DNA from: Trichinella spiralis
Taxonomy: Eukaryota
Assembly: GCF_000181795.1 (NCBI RefSeq)
Contig: NW_003526943.1
Span: 11,646,007 to 11,710,006, forward strand
Direction of reading: 5' to 3'
Length of the DNA: 64,000 nt
Shown here: positions 1 to 12,309 of the stretch, in pieces
How positions within the stretch are numbered: the stretch's first letter is position 1
Layout: each line of letters opens with the position of its first letter
Program-made: the position numbers and the translations under genes
Notes under the pieces: generated by a model
Told to the model about the DNA's origin: nothing
The model's input: only the letters and a program-made list of their open reading frames with translations
Database searches by the model: none

Positions 1-806
1 CGAAGCTCACATTTCAAAGCTTGCAATTCAGAACGAAGCATCATCACTTGTTCGACAAGTTCAGTTTCATAATAAGTTGCATCTTGAGCCGTTGTCTGAG
101 CATTCGCAGATTGCAATTGAGCAGCTTTGGAAACTGATGCCATCGTGGATTTCAAATTTGCATCGTCAGCCAGAAGATTGAGCATCAAATCCAATCGCTG
201 AAGCGCCTCTTTGCGTTCAGCCAGCAGACGACTCTGCACCATCAAGCATTCCAAAAAACAGTTGAACCAGGGAAACTCGCTCTGCCACTGATCTACGACA
301 ATACAACAACTGCTACCATCACCGTTGCCATTTTCATTACTGCACTGATCGATTATTGGATTTTCACCAATGCTGCCGTATTCATTTTCCTCGTTGATTA
401 GCTGCTGCTTCTCATTGCATGCGATTTTTTCACCTTCCAAAAATGCAATTTTGTAATGGCTTTTGTCCGGCTCATATCGTCCATTCGACCATGCTTGCGT
501 GTTTCTCTCATTGGCCTGAAAGCATAAATGACGCACAAAGCGCACCAGCCAATCATCGCCGTCGACCCGCCATCGAGAATCACCACCACCAATAGCCTCT
601 TTGTACCAGCAGTAAAGAGGTTCAAATTCGAGCAACACGCGCAACTTCTGCAACTCGCCGATCAGTTTAACAAACGCTGGAGATGTGCCCTGCTCTTGAT
701 TCGACGTCCCGTTGGCGAGACTGTCTTCGCTTGAAGTGTCCACACCACAGGCCACGCCTTCCGATGCAGAGCCGTCCGCCGAGTCCCCACTGGTGGATCG
801 GTGCAT
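1..806 (-). CDS. Uncharacterised protein with a probable coiled-coil region; 5' part only, runs off the window edge
   Basis: Manual translation from ATG at 806 gives 268 stop-free codons to base 1 (MHRSTSGDSADGS...SRLLAERKEALQRLDLMLNLL...ELVEQVMMLRSELQALKCEL). GC is higher than in the flanks. It is missing from the ORF track because no stop falls inside the window. Confidence 0.75.
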   Translation of the reverse strand, partial: MHRSTSGDSADGSASEGVACGVDTSSEDSLANGTSNQEQGTSPAFVKLIGELQKLRVLLEFEPLYCWYKEAIGGGDSRWRVDGDDWLVRFVRHLCFQANERNTQAWSNGRYEPDKSHYKIAFLEGEKIACNEKQQLINEENEYGSIGENPIIDQCSNENGNGDGSSCCIVVDQWQSEFPWFNCFLECLMVQSRLLAERKEALQRLDLMLNLLADDANLKSTMASVSKAAQLQSANAQTTAQDATYYETELVEQVMMLRSELQALKCEL

Positions 807-1166
807 TTCTTTCAATTTTACGACTCTACTTCAAAACTATGCAAAAAAATTCACATTATCATTTCAGTACATCTAACTGAGCATACACGGACATTTACAC
901 TAACTACAATTGCAACACTGTATATGTTATCATCGTACGGTATTTCAAATTAAAATTTTCCTCGTCCAATATACAAAATTATCTTCAAATCACAATAAAC
1001 AAAACACAACTGCACACTGAACAGTGCTGACAAAATGATGCCTGATTGAATACAGTATACAATTAACAATTTTCAAATTAACGTCTCATGAAAATAAAAA
1101 CTTAACTTACCGCTACTCCAGGTAAGAGAAAATGAAAAAAAATACGTGTGCATGTGTGCAACAAAG

Positions 1167-1201
<35 letters not shown>

Positions 1202-2150
1202 AGCAAGTTGCTTTTCGCAATTAATAACTGAAAATTGAAACATAAAAAGATGAAGAAAATGTTTCTGCTATTAAAAAGTTGTCCATATTTTTCAGCAAAT
1301 CCTCTACAGATGTTGTTGCAGAAGTGAGCAAAGTGAACGCGGATATTTCGAGAAGAGCAGCCGTGCGCTGTGGCCACTGATAAGTGCAACAACTTTGCAA
1401 GAAAGCAAGTCAATAAAAATGCAAAGATAAAACTTCAACCAAAAAGGCCACTTAATCATCGAACATCACCTCATATAAACAGCTGTGGTCATTCGTAATT
1501 CGGAATCGAAATAGAATATATTTTGAAAAAAAATATATTAAAACATCCAATTTAATACATAATGATACCTTACAAATTTCATAAAAAAATTTAAAACTTT
1601 AAATTAGAGCACTATAAAATAATCAATCAATCATAATGAAATTAAAAATATTTCCTGTATGTATCAAAATTTTAATATTGAAAACGCTATTCCAAAATAT
1701 TTGTACTTAAGTGAAAATAAAAAAAAATCAAATTGCTGAGAAGAAAAATTAAAACTACATTATAAAATATTTTAACACAAAATTATCTGGCTTAAAAATT
1801 ATTTCCAAACAACACATACCAAAATCAACCTGTCTGTATTCAATAAGCCAAAATTAGAAATGGTATACTGTTATGAATATAATCAAGAAATGTGGTAAAA
1901 TTTTTTTGAATGTTTTAATTTCAATGTTCCAAAAAATAATTATTTATTAATTTCAGCTTAAATTTATAACTATTCAATTATTTTGAAGTAATATTTTATT
2001 TGATTATTGTAATAAAATGACTTAACACTGCTTACTTTTTCAAAATTTATTAAAGGTCATACTGTAAATTGCACAAACATTGCAGATTTATGTGTCTTAA
2101 GCGAATTGTATTTATACTTTTTATTTAATTTGATTTTAAACATTTTTATA

Positions 2151-3643
2151 ATGAGTCCGGAAGATATAATGTACTATAGCAGGCCTAGCAGTGATTTGCT
2201 GAATATTGAGAGAGCGTCTAAAATACCATCATTTCCTGTTATACCATGGGCTCAGCCGAAAGGTCGACTTCATTGCTTCATTCATGAAGAGGGACAGCCG
2301 TGTCACAGACCTGCCACTTCGTTTATTTCTAGCAAACGGATAAAGAAATTATTAGCCAAGTCAAATTTAAAGCTTATATCAAAGTCCGAAGTAATTTATC
2401 ATGAAATCACTCTTTATTTTATGATGTTATGCAATTTTTTATTCGTCTGAAATTGAATTGTTTTCAGTTTAATTTGTCAAAGGATAAATTATTTTCTAAG
2501 ATATGTATATATATATATATATATATTAACTTTATGTTGTTTTTAAACGTTCTAAAGTAAGAAAAAAATGTAACAATGAACAATTATCAACCTTCAGTTT
2601 ATTGTTTTCTGAAATTTACTTTTAATTTCATAGTATAATTGTTTAGAATCCTATTTTGTTTCATGCTTTATTTTATAGGCAAGCCATGTATATGTGTGTA
2701 ATATGCACAAGAAACAGTTAGACTCTGAAAGAAGTGACATAAATTCTGAAGATGCGAATAGTGAAGAAACGATTACTGGTTACAGCCTTATACGTGTAAG
2801 ATTATTTTTTCTTATATTAAGCCCATTCTATTTTTAATCATAAAATATGAAAATAAATCATTTAAATATTTATTTCGGCACGACAAAAACTGACAAATTG
2901 TATTCAGTGCAAAAATGAAAATTCATTGTATGAAATGCAACAACTGTAAGTTCATGTTTTATTTTGCCATTATGACTTCTTACATTTCAAAGTGTATTAT
3001 TATATTTATTAGTATTTAATGTTCATTAGTTATTATGAAATCATACTGCGCCGTGGGATTATTTGATGAACCATAGAGATTACTTTTTTATGGTTAGTAT
3101 TTTTGTTAAAAGAATGCTTTAGCAGTTACGTATTATAATTGAAATAATTGCAAAAGTAGTAAATGCTCACTGAATGAGAGCCGTCGTTTTATTATAAATA
3201 AGGTGTTTGCAATTTTATGATTTCTTCAACTGTAGCGATGAATCGATGTTTTGAAGAAGCTACAGTATGGATATATTTTGAAGTGACGATTAAGTATAAT
3301 TTGTGGCAGTTATCAGCTGTTTATCATTTAATGCATTCGCTGTAGTATTTAACATCAGTTGTTAATAATTTATTTATAAAAGTATTAACTACAGTTATTA
3401 ACATTTTAATTTTAGGCCTGTTTTGATCGTATGGCACCCAGAGCTATCAGAAGATATAAAAAAGCTAATAACTTGTCTACAGATCCAGCTTCTACCCGTG
3501 ATGAAATTTTAGACATATTGGCCAAACATGCACTTTCATCACCTGTGAATGAAAAAGAATGCATTGCACAGTGTGTTTTAAAGATTAGTAAGGCAAATCA
3601 AGCTAAAACAACTATTAACGGCGATGATGTTCGAATAGAATAA
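2151..3643 (+). CDS. SAP30: Sin3/HDAC complex subunit SAP30 homologue (3 exons)
   Basis: Exons 2151-2390, 2679-2795 and 3416-3643 join in phase 0 through GT-AG introns. The protein has a SAP30 zinc finger (HCFIHEEGQPCHRP..SKRIKK..ASHVYVCNMH, compare CCLREDGERC..SKRIQK..RHLYICDYH) and the Sin3-binding domain (IRRYKK..PVNEKECI, compare LRRYKR..PVNEKDTL). Confidence 0.88.
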
Positions 3644-3956
3644 TGAATGTACTTTGTGATAAATTTTTATTCTACTTTTCATTTTATGTTTTGTACAGTT
3701 GATTTGAATTTTATTTTTTGTGCGTTGAATTCAGTTTAAGTGTTTTAATGTTAGTCTGACATTTTATGGTGATTTGATTTGAATTGACTGAATAATGAAA
3801 AAGAATTAAATTTTTAAGCAAACCCCTGGTAATTGAAAATTAAGCTTACACCGAAAGTTTAAACAAAGTTGCATACTATAAGAAACAAATATTGAAAATT
3901 TTTATTTTAAAGTGATTCAATTTAAAACAAAAGCAGAGGTTTAAAATTAAAATTCA

Positions 3957-6066
3957 ATGGCTGAAAAATTTAACATTTCCAGTTTAATACAGTTACAAAG
4001 TATTCTTCTTTTCTCCTGTATGCTGTTGCACACTTGCACAGTAAGTATGCTTAACACAACATGATTATATATGTATTTGTATTTTTTAATTACGTATTTT
4101 CATGTTAAGTTAAATATTTGTTGTTGAGAATGTACAATGCTTTTTATTGAGAATATTTAATTATATATGTGAAATATTAAAATTGATTTTAGATGAATTT
4201 TATGTTCACTCTCATGAAAATTTTTGCTCTTCTGAGCTACAATTTCAGTGTGTTGGAAGCTGAGTTTGGGAATTTTCGCGGTCTCTGTATCAGTGATGTA
4301 ATGCCAGACTATAGTATTGCATCAATGAAACTTTCTCATGACACTTGCATCTCACTAAATGAATTACGTTCCAATGATTTTGTCGCATCTTGTTATCCTG
4401 GAAGTCTGCTGGACTTAAACGATTTTCGAAAAGAACGTTTATTAATGCGTCTGAATGACAATATCGTAGACTTTGTGGAGGCGTTTGGGAAAAAAGCAAT
4501 TTCATTTCCAGCATACATTATGCAATTTCCATTTACTCGACCTATATCTCATCTTAATCTGGAAGAGCATCTGAAAGTGAGCGTAATGCCATACTATGCT
4601 ACAGAAGCTGAGTATTATGATTATTCTTGTGAAAAAAATTTGGAAGATATTATTTGCACACCAGTGCAATATGCACCTGCAGTTCCAGTGATCAATGTAA
4701 CGAGTTTTTTTGAGGCACAAAAGAAGTTCGTTGCTGAAAACACAGCGGATTTGTTGGAAACTGCTAGAATTGCCACATATTTTGAAATTGTATTGAAAAC
4801 CGACAGTCATTTATCATCTTCAGGTATAGATGTGAAAATAAATCACATATATGAAATCATGTTCAACGTCAGCTATGTAATGTGCACAACGGACTTTATG
4901 GACAACTGTGTGTTCTTTGATAAAGAGTTGAGAGTTTGCACATATTGCAAACCAAATTTTATAGGCGAATTATGCACCAGTAAGTTGCATTGTATAAAAA
5001 TGTATTTTGCAATTTTCTTAAAATATATATTCAAATTCACATTCACCTTAAGCTAATAATATTTTCACAACATCACAATAAATCATAAAGTTAAAAATGA
5101 TAAAAAAAACGATTGTTTTTGAAAATTAATTTCTGCATTATAAAATTATATGTAGTGAAGTGGTTATTTTTAAAATTTTATTTACATTTAGAGGAAATAT
5201 CTCATGACAGACTTATATCGTGCAATACGTTAGACTGCGGTGCGACTGGGCAATGCGTTGAAAAGGATGGTCATTCAATGTGCATCTGTACTTCTTATGA
5301 TGGTGTGATGATAAAATTGAATATTATTTAACTATAAAATGCTTTTCATTTCAATAATTAATTGATCACGCAGAGATAATAGTTAATCAGTCAGTCAATC
5401 AATCAGTTAGTTGATATTAATAAATAAATTGAATTAAATTAATAGTTATCATAAAATTAATAAGCTTAGCTTTATTAAAACATTTTTATGAATTTTTAGT
5501 TGTAGAAGAGAAAAAATTATTCATCATTTACATTGCTTATTTTCTTTTTTGTCGTTTTATTAATATAAAAATGTTTTTTCAGATGATAAGTATCAGAAAC
5601 TATTTTGGATACTTACGGTCGTGGTGGCTATTGGTGTCTTTTGGCTGACCTTTTCTCGTCAAAAAAAGAAGGTATATCAGTGGGTTATTTTTCATTATTT
5701 TTCTCTAGGTTTGTTTCATAATTGAATAATTTAATTTCTGAGTAAAATTAAAGCGTTTAAATTTTGCTTTTCAACTATACATATATGTAAAGAAACGAAC
5801 TTTACATTTTCAATAAGAAGAGATTATTATTATTATTATCGTGTGTCGCTGCTGTATGGTGTTCAAAAACATGTATAAATAAATTTTCATGAATTACAGC
5901 AAACAGTTTCATTGTCTGAAGGTCCGGAATCAAAAAGTCCACTACCATCGTCAAGCAAGGCTGAAGAAGTGAGTGAAATTCAGAAAAATACAAAAATAAT
6001 AAAACTTTAATTCAACACTTGTTCGTTTAGACCAAATCTCCAACTAATCCTACTGCCGTTGTATAA
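3957..6066 (+). CDS. Type I membrane protein with EGF-like domain(s) and a possible degenerate C-type-lectin-like N-terminal domain
   Basis: Phase-consistent exons at about 3957-4040, 4193-4979, 5192-5302, 5583-5671, 5900-5968 and 6031-6066. Hydrophobic N-terminus; CTYCKPNFIGELC; EGF-like CNTLDCGATGQCVEKDGHSMCIC; TM segment LFWILTVVVAIGVFWLTF followed by SRQKKK; short S/P-rich tail. The start and last exon are uncertain (alternative stop at 6010). Confidence 0.7.
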
Positions 6067-6626
6067 AAAAAGCATGCGGCCATCGGATGCTTTTCTACTC
6101 ATCGATCATTATTCATCAGTGCCAAAGGTGGAAGAATAACATTTGAAAACTTTTTTTTTCAATTTTTCATAATAATAATAATATTATTATTATTATAGTT
6201 TCAAAATTCAGAATAATTTTTTACATTTTTATGCATTTCCAAAAAGGTTCAAAAAACATTCACATGTTTCAACCATGATGTCATCATTCATCATCATTAT
6301 AATTTTCACTAAGTGAGGAAGATGTTAAATTAAAAAAATCAATCACTGTTTGCATGTTTTGCATTCTGTTCCAGATGACCCTCCCTACCTCCACCTCCCT
6401 CATTTCATCCACAACCCAACCGCAACATCCCTTCAAAAAGCGAAAAAGAAAAGGAAATTTCTTTACTTGAATAAATATAAATGTGAATGATGAAGTAAAG
6501 CATCAAATGAATGAAACGGGAAAACAGTAGCAGAAAATGGACTGTTTCTGATTGCCGCAATTGGTGGACAGTATAGTTGTATTTCACTGGATAATGGATA
6601 AATAAATAAATACAGAAAATAAGCCG

Positions 6627-7579
6627 CTAAGTCAACGTTACTCTGATATCGTGGACAATGTGCTTCATTTGTAAAATGAACGACGGACTGTCCAAAGATT
6701 GTTGGAACCGATTGATCGTGCAGATGAGTAGATTTGGTTCAAATCGGCACTGGTGATTAAGAAGAGGATTCAGCACGTCGTTGGTGAAAACTTGCATCGA
6801 CATCTGATCAATGCAGACCATCGACGCCAGCGTTTCGCACAAGCTGTCCGTCAGAATCGAATGCATACGATTTGCCAAATTTTCCACAATGACCATCATA
6901 AAATCCGTCGCAAATTGTTGACGAAAAACTGCCTAAAATTAATAATAACAATAATATCTTTCTTTTTTTAAATCAAATCAACTACTGTATACCCGTCGAA
7001 AAAGGGACCAACGATTGTTCAGCTTCACCAGGTGACAGAGTACAGATTTTATGATAAATGTATTCTCATTTTTCATTCCAAGCCAGAAGCACTGAAATTT
7101 GAAAATATCCCATACGAACAAATTTTTGCAAACGAAAAGCAAAGCAACCTGAAGCAAAGTTTGAAATTCAGCTGGATGTTCTGGAAAAGCGTCACTGTTC
7201 AACGTAGACAGGGTGATTTTGGAAGGAAAAAAATAACGCCAACGAAAGTCCAATATATTGAACACCAGGTCGTAAAATTTTTCTTTCACATCAACGTTCA
7301 CGTCTTTCTGAATAAAAGAAAAAAATTATTTTTCTTTTAAATTAAAAACAAAGTTCGATAGTGCGTTTTAAAATATTTTAATAATAATAATAATATCACA
7401 AACTTGAACAATCAATGATCGCAGTTCACCGTTGACAAACGCAACAATTTCCGGTAGGAGTTGAGTAAATCCACCTTTGTGTTCCCTCACAACTGTTTTC
7501 AAAGTGAGCAAAAACCTAAACATGTAAACAAATAAATAAATAAATAAATAAAACTGATCCATAAATTCAAAATTCATAC

Positions 7580-7615
<36 letters not shown>

Positions 7616-10600
7616 ACAGTTACAAACACTCGCTTTTGAACACTGCTTTAAAATTATTAATATATTTTTCAATTTCTATTCACTCACTTCTCTCCACACG
7701 TAACAATTATAAATATTTACCACATTATAATATTCGACGAATCAGGCCAATATGTAAATTGCTTGGATAGTGTTATTGAAACGAACGTTTGAATAACACT
7801 TCGACAAAAATTAATACCAAAATTCGTAGCCAACGGCTGCATAATATGCGTCAGTATGTCGAGCAATTTTTCAGAACAACCTGAAAATTTTATCAAAAAA
7901 ATTGTTATACTGCGTTAATTGTTGACAGTGATGATGTTAATGAAAAAAGAGTTTTAATATACACTGTATATACATATATATATATACATGTAAATGTATA
8001 GTAGAACAAGAATAACAACCTGAACTACAAGGCATGGATCGCAACAATCGCAGCGTGCCTTGTCCAATGGGCTTCCAAACTTCAAAGCATATTTCCTTGG
8101 TTGCTTCGTTTTCACCTTCAATCGAGCGCATCAATTCAGCCACAACAGGTGCAGTTTGCGAAAGTGCTAAAGAAAAACCAAAAGAAAAAAAATTAATCAA
8201 ACAATTATTATTGATAATAATAATAATAATAACAAGTTATTGTACTTTCTAAATTTATAAGGACAGTATTTTCCGTTTTCAACAGATCCAAATAATTGAG
8301 CAACAGATTGTCAATCAGTCGCTTGTAAAGCACCTTACGCTCGTCCCATTCTTGTTCACAATTTATCGAATTGAACCATGGCAAAATCAAATAGCTAGCC
8401 AGAGATCCGTGAAGTACATTTTTCATCTTGAAACAATATTTCAAATTCAAGTAATGGAAATTTACACGCATACAAACAAACAACCTTGTCAGGCAGAAAG
8501 TCGTATTTGCCTTTGATCGCTTTGTTGTAGATCATTTTCATGCCAGGCGTGTGCAAGACAAAAGCCTGAGGACGAATTATCAAAAGCACCGCATGCAAAG
8601 TGGATATCGACGGTCCGTAAAAGTCCATCTTCTTCTTGTCCCCGGCCAACAATTCTGCAATGCCACCGACTACTGTAGAAATGATCGAAGAAATTTCCTC
8701 ATTGCCAACGCCCGTCATCTGTGCCGTGGAATAGATCTGCGAGACCCAAGGCGCGTACGCTCCAAAAGTAATAAAAGTCATCGACATTCTGCAAAAAATA
8801 AAGTATTCATTATTTATTATATTATGCAAATGTGCAAAAACTGTTTCCACTGAAAATACTAACAGTCGGCTGAGTAGTTGTTCGAAAACTGCTGGAATTT
8901 CTGCATTCATGAAGAACTGCTGTTGCCGACACAATGAGAAAAATACGTCAAACCTTGAAAAATATGTGTTATAATAATAATAATAATAATAAGTAATAAA
9001 ATTTAAATTTAACAAAAAAATTTGATCTGAAATTGAATTTACTGCTTCAACCAAGTATAGCATATCTGCATCAATGAATCGTCTTTCGTTTCTACGAACA
9101 TCGGTGCCAGTGACCAACAGATACGAAGCACAAAGCAAAATTGTCTCAACCAAATGCAGAGCTTCTCTGATTCGCTTTCTTCAAAAAATTCATTCAACGG
9201 TTTGTTCCAATAGGTCATTGCTGACGTGAGGTAGTTGTTGAACCTGCCCATCAGCAAATTCCAAACTAGTGTAAAATCCAACTGTCCAATGCATACAATT
9301 ATTCTTTCTATATTATCTTCAACAGTCTCATCTTCAACTATTTCAGACTGAAACGGAACAATAATAATAATAATAATAATAATATGCTAATTTTCGTTTT
9401 CTTCATAATTTTCAACGCTTCTACAAGAGAATTACAGAAAATTTTCTTTTCACTTACTTTATCCGTTTCACAGAGATGTTTGTACAAATCGTTCACTATT
9501 GAACAATTTTTGAGAGTCTTTTCAAAAAATACATTAATTATATCTTGAAAAATGCACTGATATCTAGAAAAAAGCAAGATAATTAAAATGAACATTAATA
9601 TATACATATATGTGTGTGTGTAAAATCAATGAGCGGAATCTACTTTGCTACTATGTTCGACGCAATTGGATATGAACCGTGCATGTAGAATTTCATGGAT
9701 TCGGCGATACATGCCCAAGTGCTGCAAAAGAATGATGAAAGCGATTCGTCATCTAGCTGAAACAATCGAACAATCATGTACACATCCACAGACAGACAAA
9801 ACCGTACAAAAAATAAATGAAGCAAAATGCAAAGAAAAAAAAATATATATATACTTACCACTTTGATGTAAATTTGCAATGTATCTTCCATATATTTTAA
9901 AACACTTTCGTGGAAAAACTGTCCAGGTAATAAATAATTTGAAAAATAGCAACGTACCACTTCGGCAAGTTCACTGAAATTTTAAAAATTTAAAACAAAT
10001 AAACAAAATTTCAAAAATTTCAAACCTCGCAATTTTGATGGAGCTCTTTTCTTCAACCATCTCGCCAGTTTGCAATTTATTCCCCTGATCGTATTTTGTA
10101 AATAGTTCCACAAGTCGATTGGCAATGCAAAGTATGAATGTTTCAAAAGCAATCTTGCCCACCACCTTATCCGCCTTGGGCTGCATGAGCAAGTGCAAGA
10201 AGCATCCAAACGCGGCACGACTGACCCGAACCACGGCTTCATTGTCCACGACCGATGGAAACAGACCAATCATGGCCAAGGCAAACAGCTGGCACAGTGC
10301 AATATTCTCGACCAAACAGTCGAATTCTTCGAAAGCGAAAATTCGGCTAATGCAATTGATTTCCAAGCACAGCTCCTCAGCTTTCAGTTCAATCACAGAA
10401 AGTGATTCTTCAGTTTTCACCGCAAACAAATAATAAAAATAATTCAACACCGACATCAAATAATCCTGATATCTGCTCTCGTTGAAAGTCGCATTGAAAT
10501 TATGGTAATTTTCCAGCAAAGCTTTCATGCTTTGATTCAGACATTCTGTAAATTCATTCAAATATATAAATATAGATGTTAATATAATCCGATTAAATAT

Positions 10601-11671
10601 TACCGATGTATTGATTTTTTTAACCAATAAAAGTGTATATATATATAAAGGAAGGAAACATTTATCAGATGAATAATTAAACATTATCAAGAGTAGTACA
10701 ATTATTGTTTATACAAGCAGCGCGTAAAGATTTGCAAAAATCAAAAATCGCACCTCAAATGTGCTACAGTAAACGCACTTTTATTAAACTTCTAGTAAAT
10801 TTCATCATATTAAACAACAATCAAGAAGTGATTTTAAACGAAAACAATATCACCGTTATTGTGATAATTAATTACACTAACTCCACTTGCACGTCGAAAA
10901 ATAACCTTCGTTTAATTTTACTTTTTTCTCAATAAATTAATATTTACAAGAAGAGTATTTTACCACTATTTATTGTCAATTGTTTAACTTGAAAACAATA
11001 TTTTATACAAAATCAACCAGTTACTTATTTAAAAATGAAATTGACTGCTGCGAATATGCTAATAATAATAAAATATGCAAACCTAGCAAAAAGTTGAGAA
11101 TGCTCGCCGATTCTTTTTTCATATTTTGCAACAGAGTTTTCTCTTGTTCGTACAACAATCCGGACTGACCGTCACGCTTATTAAATTCTTCCAAACTTAT
11201 CAACAATAATTTCAATCCAAATCGCCTGCTTTCTTGATTAAGTATGCACTGAAATTTTTTAACGAAACAAAAGCCCTTGCAAAGCTTGCTTTTGCTTTAG
11301 TTAAGCGGGTCGTGTAAAAAAAACAACAAAGATTACTTTTCCAATGTCGGCAAAAAATTCAGGAAACCGATGAGGCCAGGATCGGCAACCAATACTTCCA
11401 AAAATTGCCATCGTCTTACTTGCAGAAATTTGATTATTTTCCGTGTGAAATTTCACTGCCAAATCGTAACACTTGCTGGCAAACAGTTCCTGCTCTGGAA
11501 GAGCCATTTCATTCCATTTCACTTTAACAACCTTCTGCAATATTTCCTCTCATCAATTGCAGTAGAAAATGTTAATATTAAAAAAAAAAGTAAATTAATT
11601 ATTTAAAATCATTTTCACTTCGTTTCAAATGAAATTATTCAAAGTAACAATACTACTACTACTACTACTAC

Positions 11672-11705
<34 letters not shown>

Positions 11706-11991
11706 TTGTCAATACCATAACTTACTTCTAAAATGTTTAACAAAAATGATTTGACCAGCATATCATTGGCCGAAGTTCGAAGTATACTGAAGCAATATTC
11801 GACTGCATTTTTGTTTTCAAATACTTCCAGTTCGCTGTCTGAAATGACTGATCAAAAATCCGAATCGCAATAAACACACATCGAACTAACTATTTACATA
11901 TTTCTTTTCGACGTTCATTAGTTGTAACAGGATTCACCACTTCGTGTAGAAGTTCAGTTAATTTTTTACAAACAAACTCTTCGTCGTTCAT
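6627..11991 (-). CDS. XPO6: Exportin-6 (importin-beta family, actin/profilin export), multi-exon
   Basis: The N-terminus VTTNERRKEI matches XPO6 TTNERKREI. IGCRSWPHRFPEFF matches IGRQDWPMFYHDFF; WRYFF is present; the C-terminal DSPSFILQMKHIVHDIR matches DLPSFTQNVHRLVNDLR. Several track ORFs (6627-6899, 6978-7301, 8395-9153, 9039-9281, 9971-10690, 11021-11215, 11301-11540) contain its exons. Confidence 0.88.
7581..7610. repeat. (TA)n microsatellite, intronic; similar tracts near 1183, 2506, 35724 and 55555
   Basis: Directly visible dinucleotide run. Confidence 0.95.
11651..11705. repeat. Compound (TAC)n(TAA)n microsatellite in an XPO6 intron
   Basis: Directly visible trinucleotide runs. Confidence 0.95.
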
Positions 11992-12309
11992 TGATAAAAA
12001 ACACAAACGAGCACGAACAGCCAAGTCTCCGGTCAAACAGCTCTCTTTCGCAATCACATACAGAATGCATAAATTATAGGCAAGTATAAATTTAAACTTT
12101 CACAAATAACATAAATTTCTTCGTGAATTTTGTGTGATTAATTTTAATTTGAAATAAATTTTTTTGTATTATTTTTTTAATAGAAAAACAAAAATATAAT
12201 TTAAATTCAAAAAAAAATCTGCATGTTTTTATGACCAGCATATTTTTATACAGTAATACAAAAAATGAACGTTATCTTTGTTGGTTGAATGGTTAAATGG
12301 AAATTTTGA

